A stretch of DNA of 64,000 bases from Candidatus Wildermuthbacteria bacterium RIFCSPHIGHO2_01_FULL_48_25 (lineage in GTDB: Bacteria; Patescibacteriota; Minisyncoccia; Minisyncoccales; UBA10102): assembly GCA_001823155.1 (NCBI GenBank), contig MHTR01000001.1, positions 43-64,042 on the forward strand. The letters run 5' to 3'. This document shows, piece after piece, positions 17,431-26,066 of the stretch. How positions within the stretch are numbered: the stretch's first letter is position 1; each line of letters begins with the position of its first letter. A program made the translations under genes and the position numbers. The notes under the pieces were generated by a model. It saw only the letters and a program-made list of their open reading frames with translations, ran no database searches and was not told the DNA's origin.

Positions 17431-17470
17431 ACTTACTTAACTAAAAATGCGTATATATAGTTAAGTAAGT
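17431..17470. repeat. 13-bp perfect inverted repeat downstream of the PaaX-like gene
   Basis: ACTTACTTAACTA-14 nt-TAGTTAAGTAAGT. Confidence 0.6.
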
Positions 17471-17525
17471 AAGAGAGGTTGAGTGGGTGTTCGACGTCGG
17501 ACATTGCACTTACAGGAAGATGAGC

Positions 17526-17562
17526 AAATAAAAAGGACGGAGAGTAACGATTACTCTCCGTC
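17526..17562 (-). terminator. intrinsic terminator (12-bp perfect stem)
   Basis: On the minus strand: GACGGAGAGTAA-TCG-TTACTCTCCGTC followed by CTTTTTATTT. Confidence 0.6.
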
Positions 17563-17714
17563 TTACTATGAAAGGGGCGAAAGGCTACGGCAGCATCGGA
17601 AACAAAGGCTCGACAGTCCGCCGAATCTGGTCCGGACAAATCCTTTCAGGATTGAGCCGGCGTCTTGGGTCTGGCCTTGTCCTTGGAGTTGTTGTCGGCA
17701 CAGTACGTACCGGT

Positions 17715-18179
17715 TCAGGCGCCGGGCCCAGTGTTGGGCTGATCAGAACGTTTCCACCTTCTAACTGCATCGTCAACCTCCTCGCGGGACATCTCAGCCC
17801 CGTCCGGTTCCTCGTCTGTGACAACTCCTCCCAGGGCTGCTTGAGCAGCTCGCGTGTTCCCAATCGAGAGCAGTGCCTGGTAGAGCTTTGCCTTGATAAC
17901 CAGGCCGAGGTCAGCATTGGCACCCTGCGAGGTGTAAATGCTGACGCGTTCCCGCATGAGCCAAAGCTCGTCCTCGGTGAAACTGATGCCCACCGGGCGG
18001 GACCGATTCCCGAGAGCCTCGAGTATGGCGGTGCCAATCTTGAGGCAGGTTTCTTTGCCAGGACCCGCTGCGCCTGCTTCGTTGCTGCCGGTAACCGCTT
18101 GGCTCGGCGAGAGCGCGTGCTCAATGCAGATGAGTTCTGCGATTTCCAGTTCAATAATTCGGGACAGTCCCTCCACCAT
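17715..18179 (-). CDS. hypothetical protein, high-GC, no recognised domain
   Basis: 154 aa with balanced composition and the highest third-position GC of the overlapping frames. AGGAGG SD 7 nt upstream of the ATG. Confidence 0.5.
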   Translation of the reverse strand: MVEGLSRIIELEIAELICIEHALSPSQAVTGSNEAGAAGPGKETCLKIGTAILEALGNRSRPVGISFTEDELWLMRERVSIYTSQGANADLGLVIKAKLYQALLSIGNTRAAQAALGGVVTDEEPDGAEMSREEVDDAVRRWKRSDQPNTGPGA

Positions 18180-18228
18180 GGCACGCCTCCTGGGCTGGCC
18201 ACTAGAGGCAGCAAAAGCTGCCTTGCCG

Positions 18229-18258
18229 CTATACCGCCAACCGTGCCGAACAATTCAT
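18229..18258 (-). promoter_or_regulatory. 9-codon leader micro-ORF (MNCSARLAV) with strong SD, followed by a hairpin
   Basis: AAAGGAGG-8 nt-ATG ... TAG, then the GGCAGC-TTTT-GCTGCC hairpin before the SD of the 154-aa gene. Confidence 0.3.
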
Positions 18259-18310
18259 CGGCCTATAACCTCCTTTCTTAGGTGCTTGCCTCTTCCAATA
18301 GAGTTTCTTT

Positions 18311-18338
18311 AGTATACGAGACGAGGACAGGGTGTCAA
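18311..18338 (-). promoter_or_regulatory. sigma70-type promoter of the leader/154-aa unit
   Basis: TTGACA-16 nt-TATACT on the minus strand. Abuts the ruvA stop codon. Confidence 0.45.
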
Positions 18339-18340
18339 TC

Positions 18341-18904
18341 TTACCTCCTCACAAGCTTAAGAGCTTCTTTGAGCCGCTGCTGCGGGTCTGCAATTTCTTC
18401 TGGAACTTTAGACAACGCCTCCCGTGCTTTTGTTTTTGGGAAACCCAAAGCAGTCATCGCGTCGAGCAGTTCCTTGTCTTCTGGTCTTTCCGTTAGAGCT
18501 TGCGTCTTGAGTTTTCCGGTCAGCTCCAGAAGAATTTTCTTTATCTTCATAGGGCCTAATCCGTGGATTCCTTTGAAAAATGACTCGTCCCCTTCTTGGA
18601 GCGCTTTTTTGAGCTGGTCTGGAGTTCCCAGAAAAGCAATATTCATTGCGGCTCTTGGCCCAATGCCAGAAATGCTTCTCACCAATTCAAACACCTGCAG
18701 TGCCTCTGCGTTTTCCACGCCAAAAAGCTCCAGGGTCTCGTCGCGCTTCAATTGCAGGGAACAGAAGAACTTGGCATCCATGCCCTCTGAAAGCCCGGCA
18801 AGCGTCTTTGCGGGAAGGAACATCTTGTATCCTACCGAGTTTGCTTGGAGTATGATATACTCAGAGGTCTTGGAAATAACCTTGCCTTCGATGAAGGAAA
18901 TCAT
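18341..18904 (-). CDS. ruvA: Holliday junction branch migration complex subunit RuvA
   Basis: MISFIEGKV... N-terminus and the HhH region GIGPRAAMNI. Confidence 0.9.
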   Translation of the reverse strand: MISFIEGKVISKTSEYIILQANSVGYKMFLPAKTLAGLSEGMDAKFFCSLQLKRDETLELFGVENAEALQVFELVRSISGIGPRAAMNIAFLGTPDQLKKALQEGDESFFKGIHGLGPMKIKKILLELTGKLKTQALTERPEDKELLDAMTALGFPKTKAREALSKVPEEIADPQQRLKEALKLVRR

Positions 18905-18916
18905 TCTTCCACTATA

Positions 18917-20860
18917 ATGCAGTTTGAACTAGTTTCCAACTTTAAGCCAAAGGGCGACCAGCCCCAAGCCATAGCCCACCTTTCAAAAGGCCTTGAATCG
19001 GGTGCGAAACACCAGGTGCTTTTGGGAGTGACTGGAAGCGGCAAAACATTCACCATGTCGAATGTTATTGCCAAAACCCAAAGGCCAACGCTCGTGGTGT
19101 CTCCCAACAAAACCCTTGCGGCGCAGTTGTACCAGGAGTTCAAGGAATTCTTTCCCAAGAACGCCGTGCACTACTTTGTTTCCTATTATGACTACTACCA
19201 GCCCGAGGCATACATTCCTCAGACCGACACCTACATTGAAAAAGACGCGAAAGTAAATGAAACCCTAGACCGCATGCGCCACGAAGCGGCCCAAGACGTG
19301 CTTTCGAGAAAAGATGTCGTCGTGGTTGCCTCGGTTTCCTGTATTTACAACATAGGCAACCCTGCGGAATACCAAAGCGTTTCGTTGGAAGTGAAAAAGG
19401 GGCAGAAGATAAAACGCCGGGATTTCCTGTCTTATCTCACAGGTTTGCAGTACCAGCGCAATGACATGGATTTCAAGCCCGGAACCTTTCGCGTGCGAGG
19501 CGACACGATAGAGGTGTTCCTGGTAACAGGAAAAGAACTCTTCAAGGTGGAGTTTGCGGGAGACAAAATCGATTCTCTTTCTACGTCCCAGAGCGCGCTC
19601 ACTCCAAAGTACGAGGAATTCAGAGGAACCTATACCGTGTTCCCCGCAAAGTTCTGGGTCACTCCGCAGGAAAAACTGAAGATAGCGATGGAGAATATAC
19701 GCCTGGAACTCCAAGAAACTCTGACTGCCTTAAAAAAGCAGAATAAGCTTTTGGAAGCGCAGCGCCTGGAGCAACGGACTCGCTTTGATTTGGAAATGAT
19801 GCAGGAGTCTGGCTACTGCCACGGCATTGAGAACTACTCAAGGCACATGGAGTTCAGGAAACCAGGCGAAGCGCCGTTTACTCTTGTTGATTACTTTCCC
19901 GAAGACAGGCTCGTGTTCGTGGATGAATCGCACCAAACTATTTCACAGCTTGGAGCAATGGCAATCCAAGACCGCGCCAGAAAGAAAGTGCTTATTGAAC
20001 ACGGCTTTCGCTTGCCTTCTGCCATAGATAACAGGCCTTTGAACTACAAGGAGTTTGAAAAACGCACTCCGCAAAAGATCTATGTCTCTGCTACTCCTGG
20101 AGACGAAGAGCAGGAGAAAGCGGGAAGAAAAAACATAGCCACCCAGGTGTTGCGGCCCACAGGACTGCTCGAGCCCCCTATAGAGATCCGCTCAACCAAG
20201 AACCAGGTAGAAGACCTTATTCAAGAAATTCGCAAAAGCATAGCAAAGAAACACCGGGTACTGGCCCTTACCTTGACTAAGCGCCTTGCTGAAGAGCTTT
20301 CAGAATACCTTTCAAAAGAAGGCGTATCCGCTCAATGGCTCCACTCTGAAGTAAAAACTTTGAAACGGCCTGAAATGCTCCAGGACTTGCGCTCGGGAAA
20401 GTATGACGTTCTGGTGGGGATCAACCTATTGCGAGAAGGGCTCGACCTTCCCGAGGTTGCCTTAGTTGCCATTCTCGACGCAGACAAAGAAGGATTCCTG
20501 CGCTCCGAAACAACGTTTATACAGATCATGGGGAGAGCGTCGAGGCACCCTGAGGGCCATGTTATTCTCTACGCAGACACAGTCACCGGCTCCATGAAAG
20601 CAGCCATGAACGAGGTAAAGAGAAGAAGGGCTGTTCAGGAAAAGTACAACAAGCTCCACCACATTACTCCAAAACCCATTGTAAAGGCGCTGCGGGATTG
20701 GGAATTTAGGGAGAAAGTGAAGGAAGTGGAGGCAGAGTTCGGAGCAATTACAGACGCCGCTCTCTTGGAACAGGAGATGAAGCAGGCGGCGACAAACTTA
20801 GACTTTGAACGCGCGGCCCAGCTTCGCGACTTGATTAAATCCCGCAAGCATGGTACATAA
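18917..20860 (+). CDS. uvrB: excinuclease ABC subunit B
   Basis: FELVSNFKPKGDQPQAI, Walker A GVTGSGKTFTM, helicase motifs and the C-terminal UVR domain. The start was taken at MQFELV; the ORF opens at 18845. Confidence 0.95.
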   Translation: MQFELVSNFKPKGDQPQAIAHLSKGLESGAKHQVLLGVTGSGKTFTMSNVIAKTQRPTLVVSPNKTLAAQLYQEFKEFFPKNAVHYFVSYYDYYQPEAYIPQTDTYIEKDAKVNETLDRMRHEAAQDVLSRKDVVVVASVSCIYNIGNPAEYQSVSLEVKKGQKIKRRDFLSYLTGLQYQRNDMDFKPGTFRVRGDTIEVFLVTGKELFKVEFAGDKIDSLSTSQSALTPKYEEFRGTYTVFPAKFWVTPQEKLKIAMENIRLELQETLTALKKQNKLLEAQRLEQRTRFDLEMMQESGYCHGIENYSRHMEFRKPGEAPFTLVDYFPEDRLVFVDESHQTISQLGAMAIQDRARKKVLIEHGFRLPSAIDNRPLNYKEFEKRTPQKIYVSATPGDEEQEKAGRKNIATQVLRPTGLLEPPIEIRSTKNQVEDLIQEIRKSIAKKHRVLALTLTKRLAEELSEYLSKEGVSAQWLHSEVKTLKRPEMLQDLRSGKYDVLVGINLLREGLDLPEVALVAILDADKEGFLRSETTFIQIMGRASRHPEGHVILYADTVTGSMKAAMNEVKRRRAVQEKYNKLHHITPKPIVKALRDWEFREKVKEVEAEFGAITDAALLEQEMKQAATNLDFERAAQLRDLIKSRKHGT

Positions 20861-20866
20861 CACCAT

Positions 20867-21130
20867 ATGCCTATTACCAGTTCAGCCAAAAAAGCGCTGC
20901 GCCAGTCGGCCAAGCGAAAGATCCAGAACGCGAAGGTGAAGAAAGCCACCCGTCTTGTGGTGAAACAATTCCGCGGACTCTTGGCTCAAAAAGACAAAGA
21001 CAACGCAAAGAAACTGATGCCTCAACTTATGAAGTTTTTGGATAAAGCGACAAAAACAGGGGTACTCAAAAAGAACACCGTTTCGAGGTTGAAATCCAGA
21101 GCTGCCAAAGCCCTGGCAAAACTCTCATAG
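20867..21130 (+). CDS. rpsT: 30S ribosomal protein S20
   Basis: MPITSSAKKALRQSAKRK... is a typical S20. Confidence 0.9.
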   Translation: MPITSSAKKALRQSAKRKIQNAKVKKATRLVVKQFRGLLAQKDKDNAKKLMPQLMKFLDKATKTGVLKKNTVSRLKSRAAKALAKLS

Positions 21131-21952
21131 CGAAACCGCGAGCGAAAACAGCGCGAGGGCAGGGTCTATCCTGCCTGTTTTCATTGCGAGATCCGTCTTG
21201 AACACTTTCTCGTGAAACGCTTTCGAATCTTTTGCCCTGGAGCGCGCGAACCAGGAAAACATAGACAACAAGTAAAAGGGCGACTCTCCTCTCTCTAAGT
21301 GCTGTGCCAGCTTTTCCAAACCCTGTTTCTTGTTTCCCTGCTGGAGCAGGGACAAGGTTTGGAAAATGTCTGCTTCCAAGGGCTCTCTCAGAAAAAGAGC
21401 CGCGTCTGTTTCCATAACTGACGAGTCGCGGGATTTTGAGAACGCTGCCAGCTTTCGTATTTCCTGCGAGAGCGCCCACAGGTCGTTCTGAAAGGAACGC
21501 ACGAGAGCCTCTATCACTCCAGGGGCTGCTTTCACGTGAAGAGCCGAGAATTCTCTCGCGATCCACGCTTTGACCGAGGCGAGTGTTAGAGGAGAAAACT
21601 CCTGGGTTTTCGCGTGCTCTTTTAAGAAGCGGAAGAACGCGTCTTTTACTGCCAGCTTCCCCTCTTCGAAGAACACGATAATGTCATCGGTCTTTAAGAG
21701 GAACCTCTTCCATTCTCCCATTCGCGACACATATTCCTTGTTTTGGAACAGGTTTTTTATGACAACGAGTTTTTTGGTCTGGAACAACGACTGGGTTTCC
21801 AGTTCCGTCTCAAAAGAAGAAAAAACTGCTTCTTGGCAGTCGAGAACTCTCAGGTGGATGCTTTCTTTGTGGAGCTGTCGGTAGTGTTCCCGGAGTTCCC
21901 TGAGTTTTAGGTTCGAGCGAAAGGTATCCTGCCCGAACAAAAAAATAAGCAT
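21125..21952 (-). CDS. holA: DNA polymerase III delta subunit (short form)
   Basis: N-terminal FLFGQD... and the SLF..KKLVVIKN pattern of HolA. Similarity is weak and recognised by eye only. Confidence 0.55.
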   Translation of the reverse strand: MLIFLFGQDTFRSNLKLRELREHYRQLHKESIHLRVLDCQEAVFSSFETELETQSLFQTKKLVVIKNLFQNKEYVSRMGEWKRFLLKTDDIIVFFEEGKLAVKDAFFRFLKEHAKTQEFSPLTLASVKAWIAREFSALHVKAAPGVIEALVRSFQNDLWALSQEIRKLAAFSKSRDSSVMETDAALFLREPLEADIFQTLSLLQQGNKKQGLEKLAQHLERGESPFYLLSMFSWFARSRAKDSKAFHEKVFKTDLAMKTGRIDPALALFSLAVSL

Positions 21953-22317
21953 CAGGTAATGATGGTTTTTATCTTGGCAACGATTTCTCCCGGAGTGAAG
22001 TGAGCTTTCACCAGAAAATCCGCAGCTCCCAGCTTCAAAGCTTTCTCAACCTCTTCTTGCTGCCCAAGGTTTGAAAGAACCAAAACCGGAATGTTGGCGG
22101 TTTCAGGGTTGCTCTTTGCGGCAGTCAGTATTTCAAACCCGTCTTTGCCGGGTAAAATGAGGTCAAGCAGCACGAGGTCTGGCTTGTCTTCCGTAATCTT
22201 TTTTAACCCTGCTTCTCCGTCAACTCCTTCCAGCACCTCGTAGCCCTCTTTGAGAAGTTTCTGGCTAAGCAGCTCGCGCAAGAACTTGTCGTCTTCTATA
22301 ATAAGCACCTTTGCCAT
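21952..22317 (-). CDS. single-domain response regulator (CheY-like receiver)
   Basis: MAKVLIIEDD ... DLVLLDLILPGKDG ... K in the receiver layout. The start was taken at the internal Met; the ORF extends to 22530. Confidence 0.85.
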   Translation of the reverse strand: MAKVLIIEDDKFLRELLSQKLLKEGYEVLEGVDGEAGLKKITEDKPDLVLLDLILPGKDGFEILTAAKSNPETANIPVLVLSNLGQQEEVEKALKLGAADFLVKAHFTPGEIVAKIKTIIT

Positions 22318-22327
22318 ATATGTATGT

Positions 22328-23359
22328 TTACTTCGAGACAGGAAGCGTGAATCCAAACATGCTTCCTTCGTTTTCTTTTGATTGGAATTGCATGGCTCCT
22401 CCGTGCGCTTCCACGATGTTTTTGGCAAGATACAGGCCGAGACCCGTGCCCTCAGGTTCCTTACTCTTGGCGTTGGAGGCGCGGAAGAACTTTTCAAACA
22501 CGCGCTGCCTTTCTTTTTCAGGAATGCCAATACCCGTGTCTTGCACTTTCACCTCTACTTTCTTTGTATCATACAATAGGGTCACTGTCACCCGGCCGTT
22601 TGCTGGCGTATACTTCAAGGCGTTATCAACAAGGTTTTGCACTGCCAACTCCATTTTCTCCCGGTCGAGCAAAAGCATGGGGGGCGGTTTTTGCGGGAGC
22701 TCGAGCAAAAGCTCAACCTCTTTTCTCGAGGCCCTGGGTTTGTACGCTTCCACCATGACCAAAAGAATGTCAGCCAGCTGCGACAGCTCGCGGTGGAACA
22801 GATACCTCCCTTCTTCAATGCGCGTAACGTTCAGCAAATCGTTCACCAAACGGATCATGCGTTCGTTTGAGGTTGTGGTTTTTTGCAAAACCACGCGCTG
22901 CTTCTGGGTCAGCTTTCCCAAGTCCTCCTCACTCAAAGCGTCCAGAGCCCACTTGATGTCTGAAAGCGGAGCTCGCAGCTGATGCGCGACCAGTGAAACA
23001 AACTCGGTTTTCAGCTGCTCTATTTGTTTCTCCCGTTCCTGGGCGTGTTCCAGTTTCTCGATCATGGAGTTCAAGCCCTGGCCAAACTCCCTAATTTCCT
23101 TGGGGCCTCCCAATGACATGCGCACGGAAAAATCGCTCTCACCCACCTTGTGCAATGTTTTCATGTAGCCCTTCAGGGGCTGCAGAACGCCCCGGGTGAT
23201 AAGGAACACCAAAAGCACCACTGCTTCAACGTTCGCAATGGCAACCATCAAAAGCGGAATAGTTTGCTCTTTTCCAACCGCAAAGTACACCGACAAAACG
23301 CCTGCAAGCACCAAAAGCAGGACTATCAGGGCGACAATAAGGCTAATGGAAAATCTCAT
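22328..23359 (-). CDS. sensor histidine kinase (TM-HAMP-HisKA-HATPase)
   Basis: H-box VAHQLRAPLS, N-box DNALKYT, DTGIGIP and GTGLGLYLAK. Confidence 0.9.
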   Translation of the reverse strand: MRFSISLIVALIVLLLVLAGVLSVYFAVGKEQTIPLLMVAIANVEAVVLLVFLITRGVLQPLKGYMKTLHKVGESDFSVRMSLGGPKEIREFGQGLNSMIEKLEHAQEREKQIEQLKTEFVSLVAHQLRAPLSDIKWALDALSEEDLGKLTQKQRVVLQKTTTSNERMIRLVNDLLNVTRIEEGRYLFHRELSQLADILLVMVEAYKPRASRKEVELLLELPQKPPPMLLLDREKMELAVQNLVDNALKYTPANGRVTVTLLYDTKKVEVKVQDTGIGIPEKERQRVFEKFFRASNAKSKEPEGTGLGLYLAKNIVEAHGGAMQFQSKENEGSMFGFTLPVSK

Positions 23360-25590
23360 AGAGTTTTCAGTTCTCCCCAGTTAGGTCCTTTCTTGACGTC
23401 AACCTCCAGGGGAACTGCCAAGGGAAGCGCTCCTTCCATAACTGTTTCAATGGTTCTAGCCAATTGAGGCATTGTACCACTTGGTATTTCAAACAACAAT
23501 TCGTCGTGTATTTGCAGGATCATCCGCGCCTTTGCTTCTGGGATCATTTCGTGCACCTTTACCATGGCAAGCTTCATAATGTCTGCCGCAGATCCCTGTA
23601 TGGGATGGTTTATGGCTGCTCTCTCGGCAGCTGCTTTCAACTGCGGGGTTTCAGACGTGATGTCTGGAATGTATCGCCTTCTCCCGAGAATAGTTTGTGT
23701 GTACCCTTTCTCCTGCGCGAACTCAATGGTTTCTTCCACATAGTCTGCTATTTTGGGAAAACGCAAAAAGTAGTTTTCAATAAAGGTTTCCGCCTCTTCA
23801 TACGGGATCTTGGCTGACCTGGCAAATCCCCTAGCTCCCATGCCGTACAGCACCCCAAAGTTCAAGGCCTTTGCTTTGTAGCGCATGTCATCGGTCACCT
23901 TGGCAAAGGGAACTCCGAACACCTCGGCTGCCGTCATCTTGTGGATGTCTTTTCCCTCTCTGAAATATTCTTGCATTTTCTCTTCTTTGGCAACGTGAGA
24001 AGCAACGCGCAGCTCGATTTGCGAATAGTCAAAGGAATACAACTCAAACCCCCGGGCCGCCACAAACCCTTTTCTCACTTTTTTTCCCCAATCTCCCAGA
24101 ACCGGAATGTTCTGGAGGTTAGGATTCAAAGAAGAAATGCGGCCGGTCGCCGCCCCGAACTGGTCAAAGTGCGCGTGGATTCTGCTGTTTTTGTTTGCCA
24201 GCAAGGGAAGCGGCTCCAAATACGTGTTCTGGAGTTTGGCCAGCTCCCGGTGGCGCAGAATGTCTTGCACAATGGGGTGGGAATCCTGCAGTTTTTCCAA
24301 CTCAGGAGACGCGGTGGAGAGCGTGCCTCCCGGAGTTTTGCGAATTCCTTTGGGAGAGATTTCCAGCGTTTCGAACAATACCGAAGCAAGTTGCCTGGGC
24401 GAGTTCACGTTGAACTCTTTTCCAGCTGTTTTCACAATGCGTTTGGCCAGCTCTTCCAAGACTTTACCAACTTCGTTTGAGAGTTTGGCGAAATATAGTT
24501 TGTCTATCTGAATGCCGAGTTTTTCCATGCGCTCCAGCACCGGAACTAAGCGTTTCTCCAGTTCATATACTTCTTTTGAAAAGAGTTCTTCTTTGTAGAA
24601 TCGCTCAATGCGCGAAATCCTGCTTTCTGCTTCAGGAAGCCCTGCCTGCCGGACAGGCAGGGCGGGAGCGCTTTCTTTGGCGCCCAGGTCTTCAATTCTC
24701 GACACAAGACTCCTGAAATCATACGAAAGCAACAGTTTCAAAACTTCTTCTTTGTCAAAGGACTGCCACGCCAAATCCTCCAGCTTGAAGGTCGCGGGCG
24801 CGTTCCTGTCTATGGTCACCAGCTCTTTACTCAAGAACGCCTGCTCTTTTGATTTTACCAGCAGTTCTTTTAAGCGCGGCTTCAGCTTTTGAACATTCTC
24901 GCTGTTCTCTTCAAGCTCCTGGTACAAATTCTCTAAAGAACCGAATGTATTCACCAACGTCGATGCGGTTTTCTCGCCAACCCCGTCTACCCCGGGAATG
25001 TTGTCTGAAGGGTCTCCCCTTAAGGCTTTGTAATCGATAACCTGGGAAGGCAAAATCCCTGAAAAGCGCTCTTTCACTCTTGCTTCGTCATACAGCACCG
25101 TATCTTGCAAACCCTTTCTCAAGGAATACACGCGGGTATTTTCTGAAACCAATTGCAGCATATCCATGTCCCCTGTCAGAATAATGGTTTCCAGGGGAGG
25201 GTGAACCTGTTTTTTCGCCACCTTTTCCGCCATGGTTCCGAGCAAGTCATCTGCTTCGAATCCCTCCTTTTCAAAGGAAGGGATATGGAACGCGTTCAAA
25301 AACTCATGGATCTTTGGGATCTGGTCGTACAACTCCTGGGCTGCTTTTACTCTTTTTGCCTTGTACTGTTCATACTTTTTCTCCCGCAACGTCTTTCCAG
25401 GCGCGTCAAAACAGGCCGCGACAAAATCCGGCTGCAATTCCTTGAGCGCCTTGAACAGCACGAGCAAAAACCCGTACACCGCGTTTATTTGCTCTCCTTT
25501 GGAGTTTGAAAGCTCGGGCAGCGCGTGAAACGCCCGGTGTATTAACGAGTTTGCATCGATAAGCAGGAGGCGTTTTTTCTGTTCTGGCAT
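23356..25590 (-). CDS. polA: DNA polymerase I (5'-3' exonuclease plus polymerase)
   Basis: N-terminal FEN domain (LLLIDANSLIHRAFHA), motif A DYSQIELRV, and QIHDELLFE. Confidence 0.95.
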   Translation of the reverse strand: MPEQKKRLLLIDANSLIHRAFHALPELSNSKGEQINAVYGFLLVLFKALKELQPDFVAACFDAPGKTLREKKYEQYKAKRVKAAQELYDQIPKIHEFLNAFHIPSFEKEGFEADDLLGTMAEKVAKKQVHPPLETIILTGDMDMLQLVSENTRVYSLRKGLQDTVLYDEARVKERFSGILPSQVIDYKALRGDPSDNIPGVDGVGEKTASTLVNTFGSLENLYQELEENSENVQKLKPRLKELLVKSKEQAFLSKELVTIDRNAPATFKLEDLAWQSFDKEEVLKLLLSYDFRSLVSRIEDLGAKESAPALPVRQAGLPEAESRISRIERFYKEELFSKEVYELEKRLVPVLERMEKLGIQIDKLYFAKLSNEVGKVLEELAKRIVKTAGKEFNVNSPRQLASVLFETLEISPKGIRKTPGGTLSTASPELEKLQDSHPIVQDILRHRELAKLQNTYLEPLPLLANKNSRIHAHFDQFGAATGRISSLNPNLQNIPVLGDWGKKVRKGFVAARGFELYSFDYSQIELRVASHVAKEEKMQEYFREGKDIHKMTAAEVFGVPFAKVTDDMRYKAKALNFGVLYGMGARGFARSAKIPYEEAETFIENYFLRFPKIADYVEETIEFAQEKGYTQTILGRRRYIPDITSETPQLKAAAERAAINHPIQGSAADIMKLAMVKVHEMIPEAKARMILQIHDELLFEIPSGTMPQLARTIETVMEGALPLAVPLEVDVKKGPNWGELKTL

Positions 25591-25604
25591 ATATTAATAA
25601 TACT

Positions 25605-26066
25605 CTATATAGCGTGTTTGAAGCGAATGTGAAAAGCGTCTCGGGGAAGAAGGTGCTGAACCCTGTTTCCCCACTCAACCAGCGCAATTGCCCTGGGGTT
25701 TTTGACTATGTCTTTCCAATGTAGTTCCAAAAGCTCTTTGGGACTTTTCAACCGGTAGCAGTCAATGTGATAAAAGAGTTTGTAGTTTTTAGTTTTCAAT
25801 TTATAGGGCTTCATAATGACAAAGGTTGGGCTTGAGACGCGTTCTTTGACGCCCAAACCCCTTGCGAAACCCTGCGAAAAAGTAGTTTTCCCACTTCCAA
25901 GGTCTCCTTCTAGGCTTACAACCACTGCGTGCTTCCCGACAGGAAGCTTGAGGATGCTTTTTGCAACCTTACTGCCAAGAGCCCTTGTGGCGCGGGGAGA
26001 GTTCGAAACAAGCGTTGACTTTTTCATGTGAAAAAGATAGGGTGGAGTAATTTCATGGAGAGCCAA
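25605..26066 (-). CDS. tsaE: tRNA t6A biosynthesis ATPase TsaE
   Basis: GDLGSGKTTFSQGFARGLG, then HIDCYRL. The true start may be the Met at 26027. Confidence 0.85.
   Translation of the reverse strand: MALHEITPPYLFHMKKSTLVSNSPRATRALGSKVAKSILKLPVGKHAVVVSLEGDLGSGKTTFSQGFARGLGVKERVSSPTFVIMKPYKLKTKNYKLFYHIDCYRLKSPKELLELHWKDIVKNPRAIALVEWGNRVQHLLPRDAFHIRFKHAI

Noticed and set aside
17640-17717. An in-frame, protein-like extension (TGTYCADNNSKDKARPKTPAQS) after the TGA stop of the 154-aa gene. This raised the idea of UGA recoding (genetic code 25 or 4).
   Set aside because: TGA clearly terminates well-conserved genes in this window at their expected lengths, for example rnpA and the PaaX-like gene. 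Standard code 11 fits, and the extension is probably chance.
17568-18281. Long overlapping ORFs in the high-GC block: 237 aa on the plus strand (17568-18281), 222 aa on the minus strand (17585-18253) and 124 aa on the plus strand.
   Set aside because: Their products are Arg/Pro/Ser/Gly-rich and low in complexity, which is typical of off-frame ORFs in GC-rich DNA. The 154-aa minus-strand frame (17715-18179) has a proper SD, balanced composition and the highest third-position GC.
18485-18500. A 9-nt match to the element terminus (CCGTTAGAG) inside ruvA.
   Set aside because: It is a single short match with no partner inverted repeat. A match of this kind is expected by chance in 128 kb of two-strand sequence.
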